Shown here piece by piece: positions 28,155 to 36,907 of a stretch of DNA of 64,000 nucleotides. The first letter of the stretch is position 1. Each line of letters begins with the position of its first letter. Both the position numbers and the translations under genes were made by a program. The DNA comes from Escherichia coli (GTDB lineage: Bacteria; Pseudomonadota; Gammaproteobacteria; Enterobacterales; Enterobacteriaceae). The stretch lies in assembly GCF_044324875.1 (NCBI RefSeq), contig NZ_CP172185.1; one strand, 5' to 3'. The notes beneath the pieces are model-generated. The model was given only the letters and a program-made list of their open reading frames with translations. It was not told where the DNA came from and searched no databases.

Positions 28155-31100
28155 CTAATCTCTGTCACGGAAACTACCGACTGTCTGGCGGATACGGCGT
28201 TCCATTTCCGCACGGACGGCATCACCCACCATTTTTGCCAGTTCGCGCGGGTTTTGCGTGTGAACATCATGCAGGTGAATATGCAGTTCGCCAGTTAATC
28301 CCCATGGTGCCGGCTCACTCTGGCGCGGTCGGGGCGATGCGGGGGATATGGGCTGGCGCACAGCCTCAACCACCGGACGGGATGTTGCCGCCATCACTGG
28401 TGTCATTAGCGGGGAGAACGTCGGCATGACATCGTGAGTCATAACCGGTTTGATCACCGGCGGAACCACTGGCGTAATATTACCGGACAGTACCGGACGG
28501 ACGACCGGAGGAATAACCGGCACATTATTCACGGACACCACCGGCTTCACGACCGGCGACACGTTCGCCGTGGTGGATATCAGCGGCGAAACACTGACAG
28601 GCGGTGGCGCTGGCAGCGGTGGCAACGAAGGCACACTGACCGACGGCACCTGCGGCAGTCTGACAGGTGGCTCACTGACACTACCCGGTAACAGGGAAGC
28701 TGCTCGGTTAAAGCGTTCCTCCTTCCACTCACCACGAACGGCCAGCGCTTCCGGCAGGTTTTTAAAGATAATATCGCCGGGACCAGCGCGTTTTTTCGCC
28801 TGTTTCGCCTCATCCAGCAGACCACCGGTGTTATCGACGATTTTGTTCAGGCGGCGCATAGTGCCGGTATTCTCCCCCGTCAGGGGTGGTTGCCCCCCTT
28901 TGGGTTTTTCGCCGTCTTTTTTATCCTCGTCCTTTTTCGGCGGATTAATGACGTTAACATCCGCCAGAAGCATGGCAGCTTTCTCGTTCAGCAACTCCTT
29001 CTGTTTTAGTTCTTCCGCCTTTTTCCGGGCGCGCTCAACCGCCGACGGAATCAGCCCGAGTTTTTCCAGCACCCGGGTTAATGAGTCAATCAGCAGCGTA
29101 ACCGGACCGGTCACCAGATTGCTGATAAACTCCCCTACCTTCTGCCCGAACGTACGCCCGGCTTCCGTGCACTTGTCCAGCTCATCCTTTGTTGTGCTTA
29201 CCGGCGCGAACAAATCCACGAACCACTGCCACACACGCCCGATTGTCTGCCCGACATACTCAAACAGCGGTCCCAGTGGTGCCACAGCCTCGCGCAGTGG
29301 CGTAAGCCCCTGCCACAGGCCGGACAAGAACCCGCCCACGACAGCCTTCAGCTGGTCCCAGTGCCGCCAGATAAGCACTGCCGCACCGACCAGTGTCGCC
29401 ACCACAAGGCCCACCGGACTTAACAGAAAACCCAGCGCCCCGCCAAGTGCGCCCACCGCACCACTCACCATCCCCCACAGTGCGGGCAGACCTGACAGTC
29501 TGAGCGCCAGTATTCCGATACCGCGCCCCAGTGAAATCAGTGCGCCGCCAGGTGAAGTGAACGCAGCCAGCAGACCACCACGCAGCGCGCCAAGTCCCGC
29601 CTGCACACCACGAAGCCGCCCCGCAACTACGCCCAGCAGTGCAGCAAACCGTCCGGCACCGGAGGTGATACCGACAAACAGCACGCGCCAGCCACCGATA
29701 CCGCCCAGCGGACCACCGAGTACGCCGCGCAGCTGCGTCAGTAACGGCAGCGCACGACCGAGGCCGGATGTGCCGGTCAGCAGGGCAAACCCAAGACGCA
29801 GTTTTGCCAGCGGCCCCATCAACACACCAGTGGCAAGTGACAGCGCCCCCATGGCCGCAACCGCAGCCAGCAGTACACCACCGGCAATCAGCAGTTGTTT
29901 TGTCAGTTCAGGGTGCGCCTGAGCCAGCGCGGTGACTTTCGCAATAACCCGGGTGAACGACTGCGTGACAGAACGCAGCGGCCCGTCAACGAGGTCAGCG
30001 ACACGGATACGCAGTCCTTCCCATGCGCTGTTCAGTGATTTCAGGTCACCGTCCAGGTTATCAGCCATAACACGGGCAGTGTGATTAAGTTCCCCGGTGG
30101 CCAGTTCAATCTCCTGCGTAAGACGGGGAAGATTATTTTCCCCCGCCGCAGTGACAAGATTCATCAGGGAAACATAGGACTCCTGCCCGGCAATAGCCCT
30201 GAAAAAGGAGACCTGCGCGGCATTACCGTATTTTCGGGTGGCCTGGTACAGCTCATTCAGGATATTTTCCATCCGGCGCATGTTCCCGTAAGCATCCTGC
30301 GTCTCCACGCCAAGCTCTTTCAGTGCCATTGCAGCGGCCTTCGGCGGATCAACCAGACGTGACAGACTGGCACGCAGCGCCGTACCTGCATCACTTCCAC
30401 GGATCCCCACACTGCCAAGGACACCCGTCATGGCTGCCGCCTGTTCAAGGGACAGGCCAAGTGAAGCTGCAACCGGACCCGTGTACTTCATGGTTTCACC
30501 CAGTGAACGGAGATCCGTATTGGTTCGTGTGAAGGTGGCGGCCAGCGTGTCACCCACGCGATCCATCTGGTCAGCGGACAGACCAAACTGTGTGAGGATA
30601 TTCGAACTGATATCGGCAGTCTGTCCCAGGTCCATCCCTGCAGCCATTGCCAGATCAAGCACGCCGGGTAGCGCCGCCTGTATGGCCTGTGGTGTGAAGC
30701 CGGCCATGGCAAGGAACGCCTGACCGCTGGCAGCATCACCGGCGGTAAACTGCGTTTCAGAGCCCAGCTTAATGGCCTGTTCGCGCAGCGCCTTAAACTG
30801 CGGACTGTTTTTGTCAATACGGGTCAGCGCCTGGACGCGTGACATCTCCTTACCAAAACTGACCGCCGGTTGCAGGAAACGTCCGGCCGCATAGCCGCCT
30901 GCCGCCGCCGTACCAACCGCCGTAAGTCCGACCGTTTTAAGTTTTCCCGCCGTCTCCTGAGCACGGGAATATTGCTGGCGTGCCTGCGTGACACGTGCCA
31001 GCGCCTGCCGTTCGCGTTCCAGCTGGTCGTTGTATTGCTGTGTTCGCCGTATGGCCTGTTGAATGGTGTTGTCACTGCCGGAAAGCGCAATACCGTGGCG

Positions 31101-31466
31101 CCGCAGCTCACCACCCAGTTCGCGCATTCGCTGAACTTCACGCGCACGGACCTCATTGAGACGCTCAAGTTTGAGGCTCAAATCGTTCATCAGCTTTTTC
31201 TGTTTGTCAGACAGCACGGTTCCGGCGCGCTGAATTTGCTGAAGTGCGCTTAACTGGCGTTGTGCCCGGGCAATGCCGTTTCCGGCCTTGTTTGCAGCCT
31301 CGCGGGCGCGATCAAATGAACGGGCGTGGCGTTCCAGGTTTTTGATCGCACCCTGCGTTCTCTGTATGGAGTCGCCAAGCTGGCCCATCATGCGACGGGC
31401 GTTTTCGGTGGGACGGGTCAGCCTGTCAACAGCGCTGAAGGCGACCCGTATATCAAGCGTTTTCAT
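28155..31466 (-). CDS. T: Tail tape measure protein gpT
   Basis: 1103 aa from ATG 31466. Long helical and Gly/Ala-rich TM-like regions and a Pro/Val-rich C-terminal repeat. Confidence 0.85.
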   Translation of the reverse strand: MKTLDIRVAFSAVDRLTRPTENARRMMGQLGDSIQRTQGAIKNLERHARSFDRAREAANKAGNGIARAQRQLSALQQIQRAGTVLSDKQKKLMNDLSLKLERLNEVRAREVQRMRELGGELRRHGIALSGSDNTIQQAIRRTQQYNDQLERERQALARVTQARQQYSRAQETAGKLKTVGLTAVGTAAAGGYAAGRFLQPAVSFGKEMSRVQALTRIDKNSPQFKALREQAIKLGSETQFTAGDAASGQAFLAMAGFTPQAIQAALPGVLDLAMAAGMDLGQTADISSNILTQFGLSADQMDRVGDTLAATFTRTNTDLRSLGETMKYTGPVAASLGLSLEQAAAMTGVLGSVGIRGSDAGTALRASLSRLVDPPKAAAMALKELGVETQDAYGNMRRMENILNELYQATRKYGNAAQVSFFRAIAGQESYVSLMNLVTAAGENNLPRLTQEIELATGELNHTARVMADNLDGDLKSLNSAWEGLRIRVADLVDGPLRSVTQSFTRVIAKVTALAQAHPELTKQLLIAGGVLLAAVAAMGALSLATGVLMGPLAKLRLGFALLTGTSGLGRALPLLTQLRGVLGGPLGGIGGWRVLFVGITSGAGRFAALLGVVAGRLRGVQAGLGALRGGLLAAFTSPGGALISLGRGIGILALRLSGLPALWGMVSGAVGALGGALGFLLSPVGLVVATLVGAAVLIWRHWDQLKAVVGGFLSGLWQGLTPLREAVAPLGPLFEYVGQTIGRVWQWFVDLFAPVSTTKDELDKCTEAGRTFGQKVGEFISNLVTGPVTLLIDSLTRVLEKLGLIPSAVERARKKAEELKQKELLNEKAAMLLADVNVINPPKKDEDKKDGEKPKGGQPPLTGENTGTMRRLNKIVDNTGGLLDEAKQAKKRAGPGDIIFKNLPEALAVRGEWKEERFNRAASLLPGSVSEPPVRLPQVPSVSVPSLPPLPAPPPVSVSPLISTTANVSPVVKPVVSVNNVPVIPPVVRPVLSGNITPVVPPVIKPVMTHDVMPTFSPLMTPVMAATSRPVVEAVRQPISPASPRPRQSEPAPWGLTGELHIHLHDVHTQNPRELAKMVGDAVRAEMERRIRQTVGSFRDRD

Positions 31467-31979
31467 GCTCTGCGTTCCCGCTGCGAAGGGCCGCCCGCTC
31501 ACGCCAGGCGACCACCTCGCCGGGATCCATCAGGAAGATTTCAGCGGGAGACCAGTTGAAAATAACGGCGATATCCGCCACAAAGTCTTCAATATGCTCA
31601 AAGGGCACGACGGTTATCAGCCTGCCGTCGCCGCCACGCTCTTCCCGCCAGAGTCCTGACCGGCCAAAAAATTAACCGCCACCCCGCACAGCTGAATAAA
31701 ATCAGCGGACCCCATGCGCTTAAGCAGAACCTCGTCCAGTCGCGGCGAAGTGACGCGCGGGAGTAACTCAAACATCGCGTCCGTTTTCATGTTCAGCACG
31801 TCAAGCAGTGACAGCCCGCGCAGTGAACCGGCCTGCTGTACAGCAGGCGTGATTTCCACATACGTGATTTTTTTGTTACCGAGCACAAGGGGCGTTTTCA
31901 GCGTCACGCCGCGCTCACTGGTCACGTCCGCCGCATCAGCACCGTCAGTAACAGGGGCAACAACCGGATTTTCTTTCAT
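31453..31979 (-). CDS. Tail assembly chaperone E+E' (programmed -1 frameshift product)
   Basis: After slipping on TTTTTTG, the -1 frame stays open to TGA at 31453-31455, overlapping the T start as in P2. Confidence 0.7.
31617..31979 (-). CDS. E: Tail assembly chaperone gpE
   Basis: 120 aa between FII and T. Confidence 0.8.
   Translation of the reverse strand: MKENPVVAPVTDGADAADVTSERGVTLKTPLVLGNKKITYVEITPAVQQAGSLRGLSLLDVLNMKTDAMFELLPRVTSPRLDEVLLKRMGSADFIQLCGVAVNFLAGQDSGGKSVAATAG
31665..31671 (-). promoter_or_regulatory. -1 frameshift slippery heptamer T TTT TTG
   Basis: Plus strand caaaaaa = minus strand TTTTTTG, within GTT AAT TTT TTG GCC of gpE. Confidence 0.7.
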
Positions 31980-32029
31980 GCATAAAACCTCAAATCAGGG
32001 GGCGACGCCGCGCGCCGCCGTGGGAAACA

Positions 32030-32548
32030 TTAACCACCAAGACCAATCGCCGAGCGCACGCGGTCCGGGAAGACGTTTTTGCCGTCCTTGCGTTCGATGT
32101 GGTTCAGTAAATCAATCTCCAGCACCGGACGGTCGTTAATGCTGAGTTTGTAGTAGGTACTCCTGACCGCATAGGTGTGAGACGTGACCTCACCCTGTTT
32201 TGCCTCCCCCGTATCAATTTCCGTCACGCGGCCGCGAAGCTCAATTTCATACAGGTCGCTCTGCTCTTCATCGTTGTAGTACTCACCGACAAAGCGCAGC
32301 AGCGTACCGTCGATCGTGCCGCCGTACTTAAGGAACAGTTCGCGGGTCGGCCCGCCCATGGTGAAACTCGCATCCAGCGCGCCGTCATCCAGACCAAGGT
32401 CGATATTCACCGCGCCGGCCATACCACCACCGCGATAGGCTTCCGTTTTACGGGTCAGTTTGGGGGGCGTGAAGCCGGTCACCCTGCCAATCTGGTTCAC
32501 CCCGTCAGTAAACAGCGTGAACACCCTGAGATTTTTTGGTACGGCCAT
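32030..32548 (-). CDS. FII: Tail tube protein gpFII
   Basis: 172 aa, same length as P2 FII. Confidence 0.85.
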   Translation of the reverse strand: MAVPKNLRVFTLFTDGVNQIGRVTGFTPPKLTRKTEAYRGGGMAGAVNIDLGLDDGALDASFTMGGPTRELFLKYGGTIDGTLLRFVGEYYNDEEQSDLYEIELRGRVTEIDTGEAKQGEVTSHTYAVRSTYYKLSINDRPVLEIDLLNHIERKDGKNVFPDRVRSAIGLGG

Positions 32549-33831
32549 TAAGCACCTCCAAGCGTCGCAAATGCAGGACCAAAGAATTCATCAGTAAACG
32601 TCTGGTAAAGTTCCATATCCTCAAGCGGCGGAACGGGCGTGTACTTGTAGCGGATACGCACGCGTCCCTGACGAAGTTCCGTGGTGCTGTTATCCACCAC
32701 GTCATACCAGCACTCCGCACCAACGAGACGTCCTGACGTAACCAGCGCATCCAGTTTTGCGCGAATTGCGCTTAACACGTCTTTCACATTAGCAGGGGTC
32801 AGCGGGGCATCAATCGTTTCAAACTGCGCTTCCGCAATGGAATCAGCCAGCACCTGAGCGGTTCGCGTGTACACCTCAAAGATATACGCCTTCGTTTCCG
32901 GCGTACGGTTGCCCCAGAAGCGGAAACCGTTACGGCAAATGATGGTAGTGATTTCCTTGTTGTTGAGATTGTTGGCATCGCTGTCTTCGGACTGAAGGGA
33001 CCAGAACACCGGGCTGGAAATACCCAGCACATTTCTTACCGGCACGTTGGACAGCGATTTATGCCAGCCCTGTTCGTGGTCAATACGTGCACGTAAACCG
33101 CAGGCGTACGCCGCAGCCGGGAAGACCTCATTAGCGCCGGATTTCGGGTTATGGGCGATGAAGTCCGGCCAGACCAGCATAAGTTCGCGCTCGTTAAATC
33201 TGGCGCGGTAGCTGATTGCATCGGCGGGCTTCTTGCAGTTGTGACAGCCCGCGTAGACAAATGCGCGAAGTTTTTCTGCAATTACACACAGGGATTTTGT
33301 GACAGCTTCAGTATCCAGTCCGGGCGCTGCGATGATGCGCGGACGGTAACCGATGGCATCATCCTGTTCAGCTATCAGAAGTGCATACATACCGGTATAA
33401 TTACCGTCGCCATCCGTGCCACCAATGACATACTGGTCCTGCGTTTTGTGTGGGTATACAGGATGTGCATCTTCAGACTCATCAATACCAAAAAATGCCC
33501 TGTCTTCAGGATCCAGATGACCGAATGATGTAACTCCTGTATCCGGGGCGCCCTGAGAACTGGCATCAGGAACGCGCACCACAATCACCTTCGTGCTCAC
33601 CTGGTCGGCGACAGCCTTAAGCGATTTGTAAAGCGTCCCCTTTGTGCCGGCCTTACCCAGCACATCACTGACGCGGGTCAGCAGTGTGGGTTTGTTCAGC
33701 GGGAACAGAGTTTCATCCGCGTCATCTGCCGTAGCCACAATACCAATAACACTGGAATCCACATCATTAATGGCGGTGGCAAGGCCGGTACTTTCCCTTA
33801 CGCGCGCACCATGAAAGCGTGTTTCACTCAT
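32548..33831 (-). CDS. FI: Contractile tail sheath protein gpFI
   Basis: 427 aa from ATG 33831. MSETRFHGARV...TADDADETLFPLNKPTLLT parallels P2 FI. Confidence 0.85.
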   Translation of the reverse strand: MSETRFHGARVRESTGLATAINDVDSSVIGIVATADDADETLFPLNKPTLLTRVSDVLGKAGTKGTLYKSLKAVADQVSTKVIVVRVPDASSQGAPDTGVTSFGHLDPEDRAFFGIDESEDAHPVYPHKTQDQYVIGGTDGDGNYTGMYALLIAEQDDAIGYRPRIIAAPGLDTEAVTKSLCVIAEKLRAFVYAGCHNCKKPADAISYRARFNERELMLVWPDFIAHNPKSGANEVFPAAAYACGLRARIDHEQGWHKSLSNVPVRNVLGISSPVFWSLQSEDSDANNLNNKEITTIICRNGFRFWGNRTPETKAYIFEVYTRTAQVLADSIAEAQFETIDAPLTPANVKDVLSAIRAKLDALVTSGRLVGAECWYDVVDNSTTELRQGRVRIRYKYTPVPPLEDMELYQTFTDEFFGPAFATLGGA

Positions 33832-33904
33832 ATGTTTCACCCTTGTCTGGCTGGTTGATTTTGCGTAATCATTACCCACACACGCGGTAATCTCACCCCT
33901 TTGA

Positions 33905-33928
33905 TGTTGTCTCCTGACAGCGACAACA
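33905..33928. promoter_or_regulatory. Ogr-type late-promoter dyad TGTTGT-N12-ACAACA between divergent FI and D
   Basis: tgttgtctcctgacagcgacaaca, with the same half-sites as the 16181 dyad. Confidence 0.6.
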
Positions 33929-33992
33929 AAACAGCCATTCAACGCCGCTGCGGTGCATGAAACCATTACAGAACGCACCAGGAGAGAACACC

Positions 33993-35084
33993 ATGAAAGA
34001 GCTGTCAGTTACCGTTCCGTCACCGGATATCGACATCACCATCAACAACAACACACTGGCAAACCTCACAGAGCGACTCATGACGCTGACCCTGACGGAT
34101 AACCGGGCCTTTGAGGCAGACCGCGTCACCCTCACCCTTGACGATACGGACGGGCAGTTACAGTTGCCACCACGTGGCGCACGCCTGAGAGTGATGATTG
34201 GCTGGCGAGGAGAATCACTGGTTAACAAGGGCACCTACGTCGTTGATGAGGTTGCGTGGGAAGGACCTCCAGATAAACTGATCATCACCGCCAGCAGCGC
34301 AGATTTTCGGGAAGAGTTCAACGTGAGGCGGGAGGTATCCTGGCACGACGTGACCGTAAAACAGGTTGTGTCAGCCATCGCTCACCGCTACGGCCTGAAG
34401 ACACAGATAAGCGAAATCCTCATGGATATCGAAATTGACCACGCTGACCAGACCGAAGAGAGCGATATATCCTTCCTGACCCGCATGGCTGAAATGCTGG
34501 GTGCGATTGCCACCGTAAAAAACGGCAGCCTGTTATTCATTCTGCCGGGTGGCGGAACCGGGCCGGACGGAAAAGCCCTGCCTTCGTTCGCCATTACCCG
34601 CAGCAGCGGCGACAGTCACCGCTTTCGCATTGCTGACCGTGATGCGTATACGGGGGTCCGGGCGCACTGGCTCGATCTGAAGTTCGGGCACAAGAAAAAA
34701 GTGAACGTGAAGCGACGCAGGGAAGCCGGGAAACAGAAACAGGAGAAGAGCAGCAGCCGGGAGGGTGATTACATGGAAGGCGCGGAAGGGAACGTCTACG
34801 TTCTGCGCAGGACTTACCAGAATGAAGAAACCGCACGACGTGCAGCTGCGGCAAAGTGGCAGGAGTTACAGCGGGGAGCAGCGGCATTCTCCATCACTCT
34901 GGCACGGGGTCGTGCCGACCTGTATCCCGAAATGCACGGCAGGGTAACAGGTTTTAAAAGCGAGGTGGACAATCAGGACTGGATTATTGCCAGGGTGGAG
35001 CACATCATAGATGAAAGCGGCTTCACCACACAACTGGAGCTGGAAGCGAAAATCCCCGAATGGATAGCAGATTCAGGCGGATAA
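33993..35084 (+). CDS. D: Tail/late control protein gpD
   Basis: 363 aa from ATG 33993 (GGAGAG RBS). LTLTDNRAFEADRVTLTLDDTDGQLQLPPRGA matches the P2 D family pattern. Confidence 0.8.
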   Translation: MKELSVTVPSPDIDITINNNTLANLTERLMTLTLTDNRAFEADRVTLTLDDTDGQLQLPPRGARLRVMIGWRGESLVNKGTYVVDEVAWEGPPDKLIITASSADFREEFNVRREVSWHDVTVKQVVSAIAHRYGLKTQISEILMDIEIDHADQTEESDISFLTRMAEMLGAIATVKNGSLLFILPGGGTGPDGKALPSFAITRSSGDSHRFRIADRDAYTGVRAHWLDLKFGHKKKVNVKRRREAGKQKQEKSSSREGDYMEGAEGNVYVLRRTYQNEETARRAAAAKWQELQRGAAAFSITLARGRADLYPEMHGRVTGFKSEVDNQDWIIARVEHIIDESGFTTQLELEAKIPEWIADSGG

Positions 35085-35127
35085 AATTAAAATGAGCCAT
35101 CTCCACTCAGCCAGATAAGGAGAAGCC

Positions 35128-35379
35128 ATGTTCCGTTGTCCCCTATGCGGTGCATCCGCACGTATCCGCACCAGTCGCAATGAAAATGATTCAGGCACAG
35201 TTCGCCTGAAGTACTACCAGTGCAATAACCTCGAATGCGGGATCGGCTTTACCACACTGGAGGGTTTTAACAAATTCACATCAAAACGCGCCCCGTCGCC
35301 GCAGGGTACAGAGCGGATACCGTGGGAAGATTTTCCGGGATCTCACAGGGGGAATGCTCAGATGAATCTTGATATTTAA
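35128..35379 (+). CDS. ogr: Late transcription activator Ogr (zinc finger)
   Basis: 83 aa. MFRCPLCGASARIRTSR...YYQCNNLECGIGFTTLE has the C-x2-C ... C-x4-C pattern, as in P2 Ogr. Confidence 0.85.
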   Translation: MFRCPLCGASARIRTSRNENDSGTVRLKYYQCNNLECGIGFTTLEGFNKFTSKRAPSPQGTERIPWEDFPGSHRGNAQMNLDI

Positions 35380-35428
35380 GAACAATAATCAGGTTGAGAG
35401 GACATCATAAGGCAAGTAGATTAACGGC

Positions 35429-35523
35429 AGATACTTTCCCGCAACCACGGGCAAGTATTTAATTATCCATGATGAAATATGACCTAAATTGTTTTTTGCC
35501 CGCCGGAAAGCGGGCATTTTTTT
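35429..35523 (+). ncRNA. sRNA-like unit a (phage-proximal): promoter TTGAGA-N17-TAGATT (35394-35422) to terminator T1
   Basis: Conserved hexamers at exact 17-nt spacing; GCCCGC-cggaaa-GCGGGC plus T7 at 35498-35523; no conserved ORF. Confidence 0.35.
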
Positions 35524-35737
35524 ATTCTTTTGTGGTTATGGGGTCATCAGGAACCACGTGCAGATTATATTTTTGTTTTTTTGGCGTTCCTCCGGCAGCA
35601 ACGAGTTCATCAATAAGACACTGACACGCCTGAACATCCCGGGCATGTCTTAGTTTCACCTTTATTGATTTAACCTTATCCTCACCGGAGGAGAAATGCA
35701 GTTCAATCTCAATATCGTTTCTTCGGAACAATCTCAT
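35522..35737 (-). CDS. Hypothetical 71-aa protein (module X, the only intact copy)
   Basis: ORF MRLFRRNDIEIELHFSSGEDKVKS.... Two decayed paralogous copies lie downstream. A palindromic operator lies upstream. Confidence 0.5.
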   Translation of the reverse strand: MRLFRRNDIEIELHFSSGEDKVKSIKVKLRHARDVQACQCLIDELVAAGGTPKKQKYNLHVVPDDPITTKE

Positions 35738-35832
35738 ACGCCCCCCTGAATATATCAGAAATGCTAGTATCGAAAAATGAGAAAACAGTTAGACAGGAGA
35801 AACATATTAACACAAATCATTTATACCTATAG

Positions 35833-35850
35833 ATGAAATTATAATTTCAT
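35833..35850. promoter_or_regulatory. Perfect 18-bp palindrome ATGAAATTATAATTTCAT upstream of the 71-aa gene
   Basis: Self-complementary. Related palindromes occur in copies 2 (TAGATGAAATTGCAGTTTCATCTA near 37000) and 3. Confidence 0.5.
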
Positions 35851-36093
35851 TCATGAATATGATAGATAACTATATTGTGAACAAAATGAAAAATGGCTAA
35901 ATTAAAAATGGGCATGGAGGAATGCCCGGTTATCAATATAATGTGACGTAGATCATTGTTTTGCCCGCCGGAGAGCGGGCATTTTTTTTGCGCCTGCCAT
36001 CGAGGCGCCTTCCCTGGCGCACACAAAGCAGCCCTGATTTTCCATGAAAACTTCAGGGTTGAGCTGCGGGCACAAAGTGAGTAGATTAGCTAC

Positions 36094-36189
36094 GGGTACC
36101 TCCCCCTGACAACAGGAAGGGTGTCCATTATCCATGATATACAAACGAAAAGTCTTGTTTTTTGCCCGCCGAAGCGCGGGCATTTTTTT
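36094..36189 (+). ncRNA. sRNA-like unit b: promoter TTGAGC-N17-TAGATT (36059-36087) to terminator T3
   Basis: Body contains CATTATCCATGATATACAAACGAAAAGTC; terminator at 36164-36189. Confidence 0.35.
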
Positions 36190-36234
36190 ATGCATCAGAC
36201 AAGATACAGCCCACCCCAACTGACACCTGAAATA

Positions 36235-36263
36235 TTGCCGCAACAAAAAGAAACAGTTAAATT
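36235..36263 (+). promoter_or_regulatory. hok mRNA promoter TTGCCG-N17-TAAATT
   Basis: Places +1 near 36270, the start of the GGGTGCCTT element that pairs with AAGGCACCC at 36613-36621 (fold-back). Confidence 0.5.
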
Positions 36264-36315
36264 ACGCGCGGGTGCCTTTCGGCTGATGGCCGGAGGGAAA
36301 ACCTGAAGGCCGGAT

Positions 36316-36549
36316 GTGGAAAGGCCCCGGAAAACATTTCTGTTTAACCGAGGCCCTAACCGCATTACCTTGACAAGTGAAAGGTTAGCGCCTCTCCGGA
36401 AAAGGAGCAAGTGCTATGTCGCAAAAATCGCTTACGGCCATCACGTTCTGCGTGACGGCAATCCTCATCATCTGGATATTGCACGGTTCGCTGTGCGAAA
36501 TACGGATGAGCTTCTGGGGAGCGGAGTTTGCGGCGTTCTTACAATGTAA
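36316..36549 (+). CDS. mok: mok-like overlapping leader frame
   Basis: 77-codon frame (GTG start) overlapping the hok frame, as in hok/mok/sok loci. Confidence 0.4.
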   Translation: MERPRKTFLFNRGPNRITLTSERLAPLRKRSKCYVAKIAYGHHVLRDGNPHHLDIARFAVRNTDELLGSGVCGVLTM

Positions 36550-36556
36550 GAAGTAA
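36416..36556 (+). CDS. hok: Hok/Gef-family type I toxin (46 aa), not in ORF track
   Basis: MSQKSLTAITFCVTAILIIWILHGSLCEIRMSFWGAEFAAFLQCKK. TM helix plus SLCEIR and AAFLxC motifs as in Hok/HokA. AAGGAG RBS. Confidence 0.8.
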   Translation: MSQKSLTAITFCVTAILIIWILHGSLCEIRMSFWGAEFAAFLQCKK

Positions 36557-36644
36557 GGAAACCGCGACGGGGGAGCAATCCCCCGTCAATCGGTTGCCAG
36601 GGTAAGGTCGATAAGGCACCCTATCTCACAGACATGAACAACAA

Positions 36645-36677
36645 ACCCGCAGCATAAAAACTGCGGGTTTTCTTTTT
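36645..36677 (+). terminator. Intrinsic terminator downstream of hok
   Basis: ACCCGCAG-cataaaaa-CTGCGGGT followed by TTTCTTTTT. Confidence 0.65.
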
Positions 36678-36808
36678 GGTGTCCTCACCGACTTGAAACA
36701 GTGATCAGACTATAAGACAAAGCCCGCAATGTTGCGGGCTTACTCTACCTCTCGAAAATGTGGTCACTGCGTGGACATACGCTGATACAAATCCTTTATA
36801 TCAATAAA

Positions 36809-36907
36809 TTAAATCTTTGTTTTTTTCATCAACAATGATTTAACCTTATCCTCACCGGAGGAGAAATGCAGTTCAATCTCAATATCGTTTCTGTGGAACA
36901 GCCTCAT
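36809..36907 (-). pseudogene. Truncated copy 2 of the 71-aa gene
   Basis: MRLFHRNDIEIELHFSSGEDKVKS, then divergence and a stop after 32 codons. Confidence 0.6.

Larger units (their letters stand above)
1..35523. mobile_element. P2-family temperate prophage; left end beyond the window, right junction approximate
   Basis: Gene order int, repressor, cox-like, early genes, A, accessory genes, cos-like site, Q, P, O, N, M, L, X, holin, lysozyme, spanins, R, S, V, W, J, I, H, G, tail block, D, ogr, each recognised from translated ORFs. Confidence 0.9.

Noticed and set aside
28450-29922. 490-aa plus-strand ORF (and 28434-28691) opposite the tape measure gene
   Set aside because: Low-complexity Ser/Pro/Thr/Arg-rich translation that mirrors the Gly/Ala/Pro/Val-rich minus-strand gene. 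No RBS. It is a shadow ORF of gpT.
35953-36246. 97-aa and 119-aa minus-strand ORFs (also 37103-37322, 37637-38266) across the repeat units
   Set aside because: They read through the terminator hairpins (recurrent KKMPALRRAK is just the hairpin translated). Frames and stops are not conserved between repeat copies.
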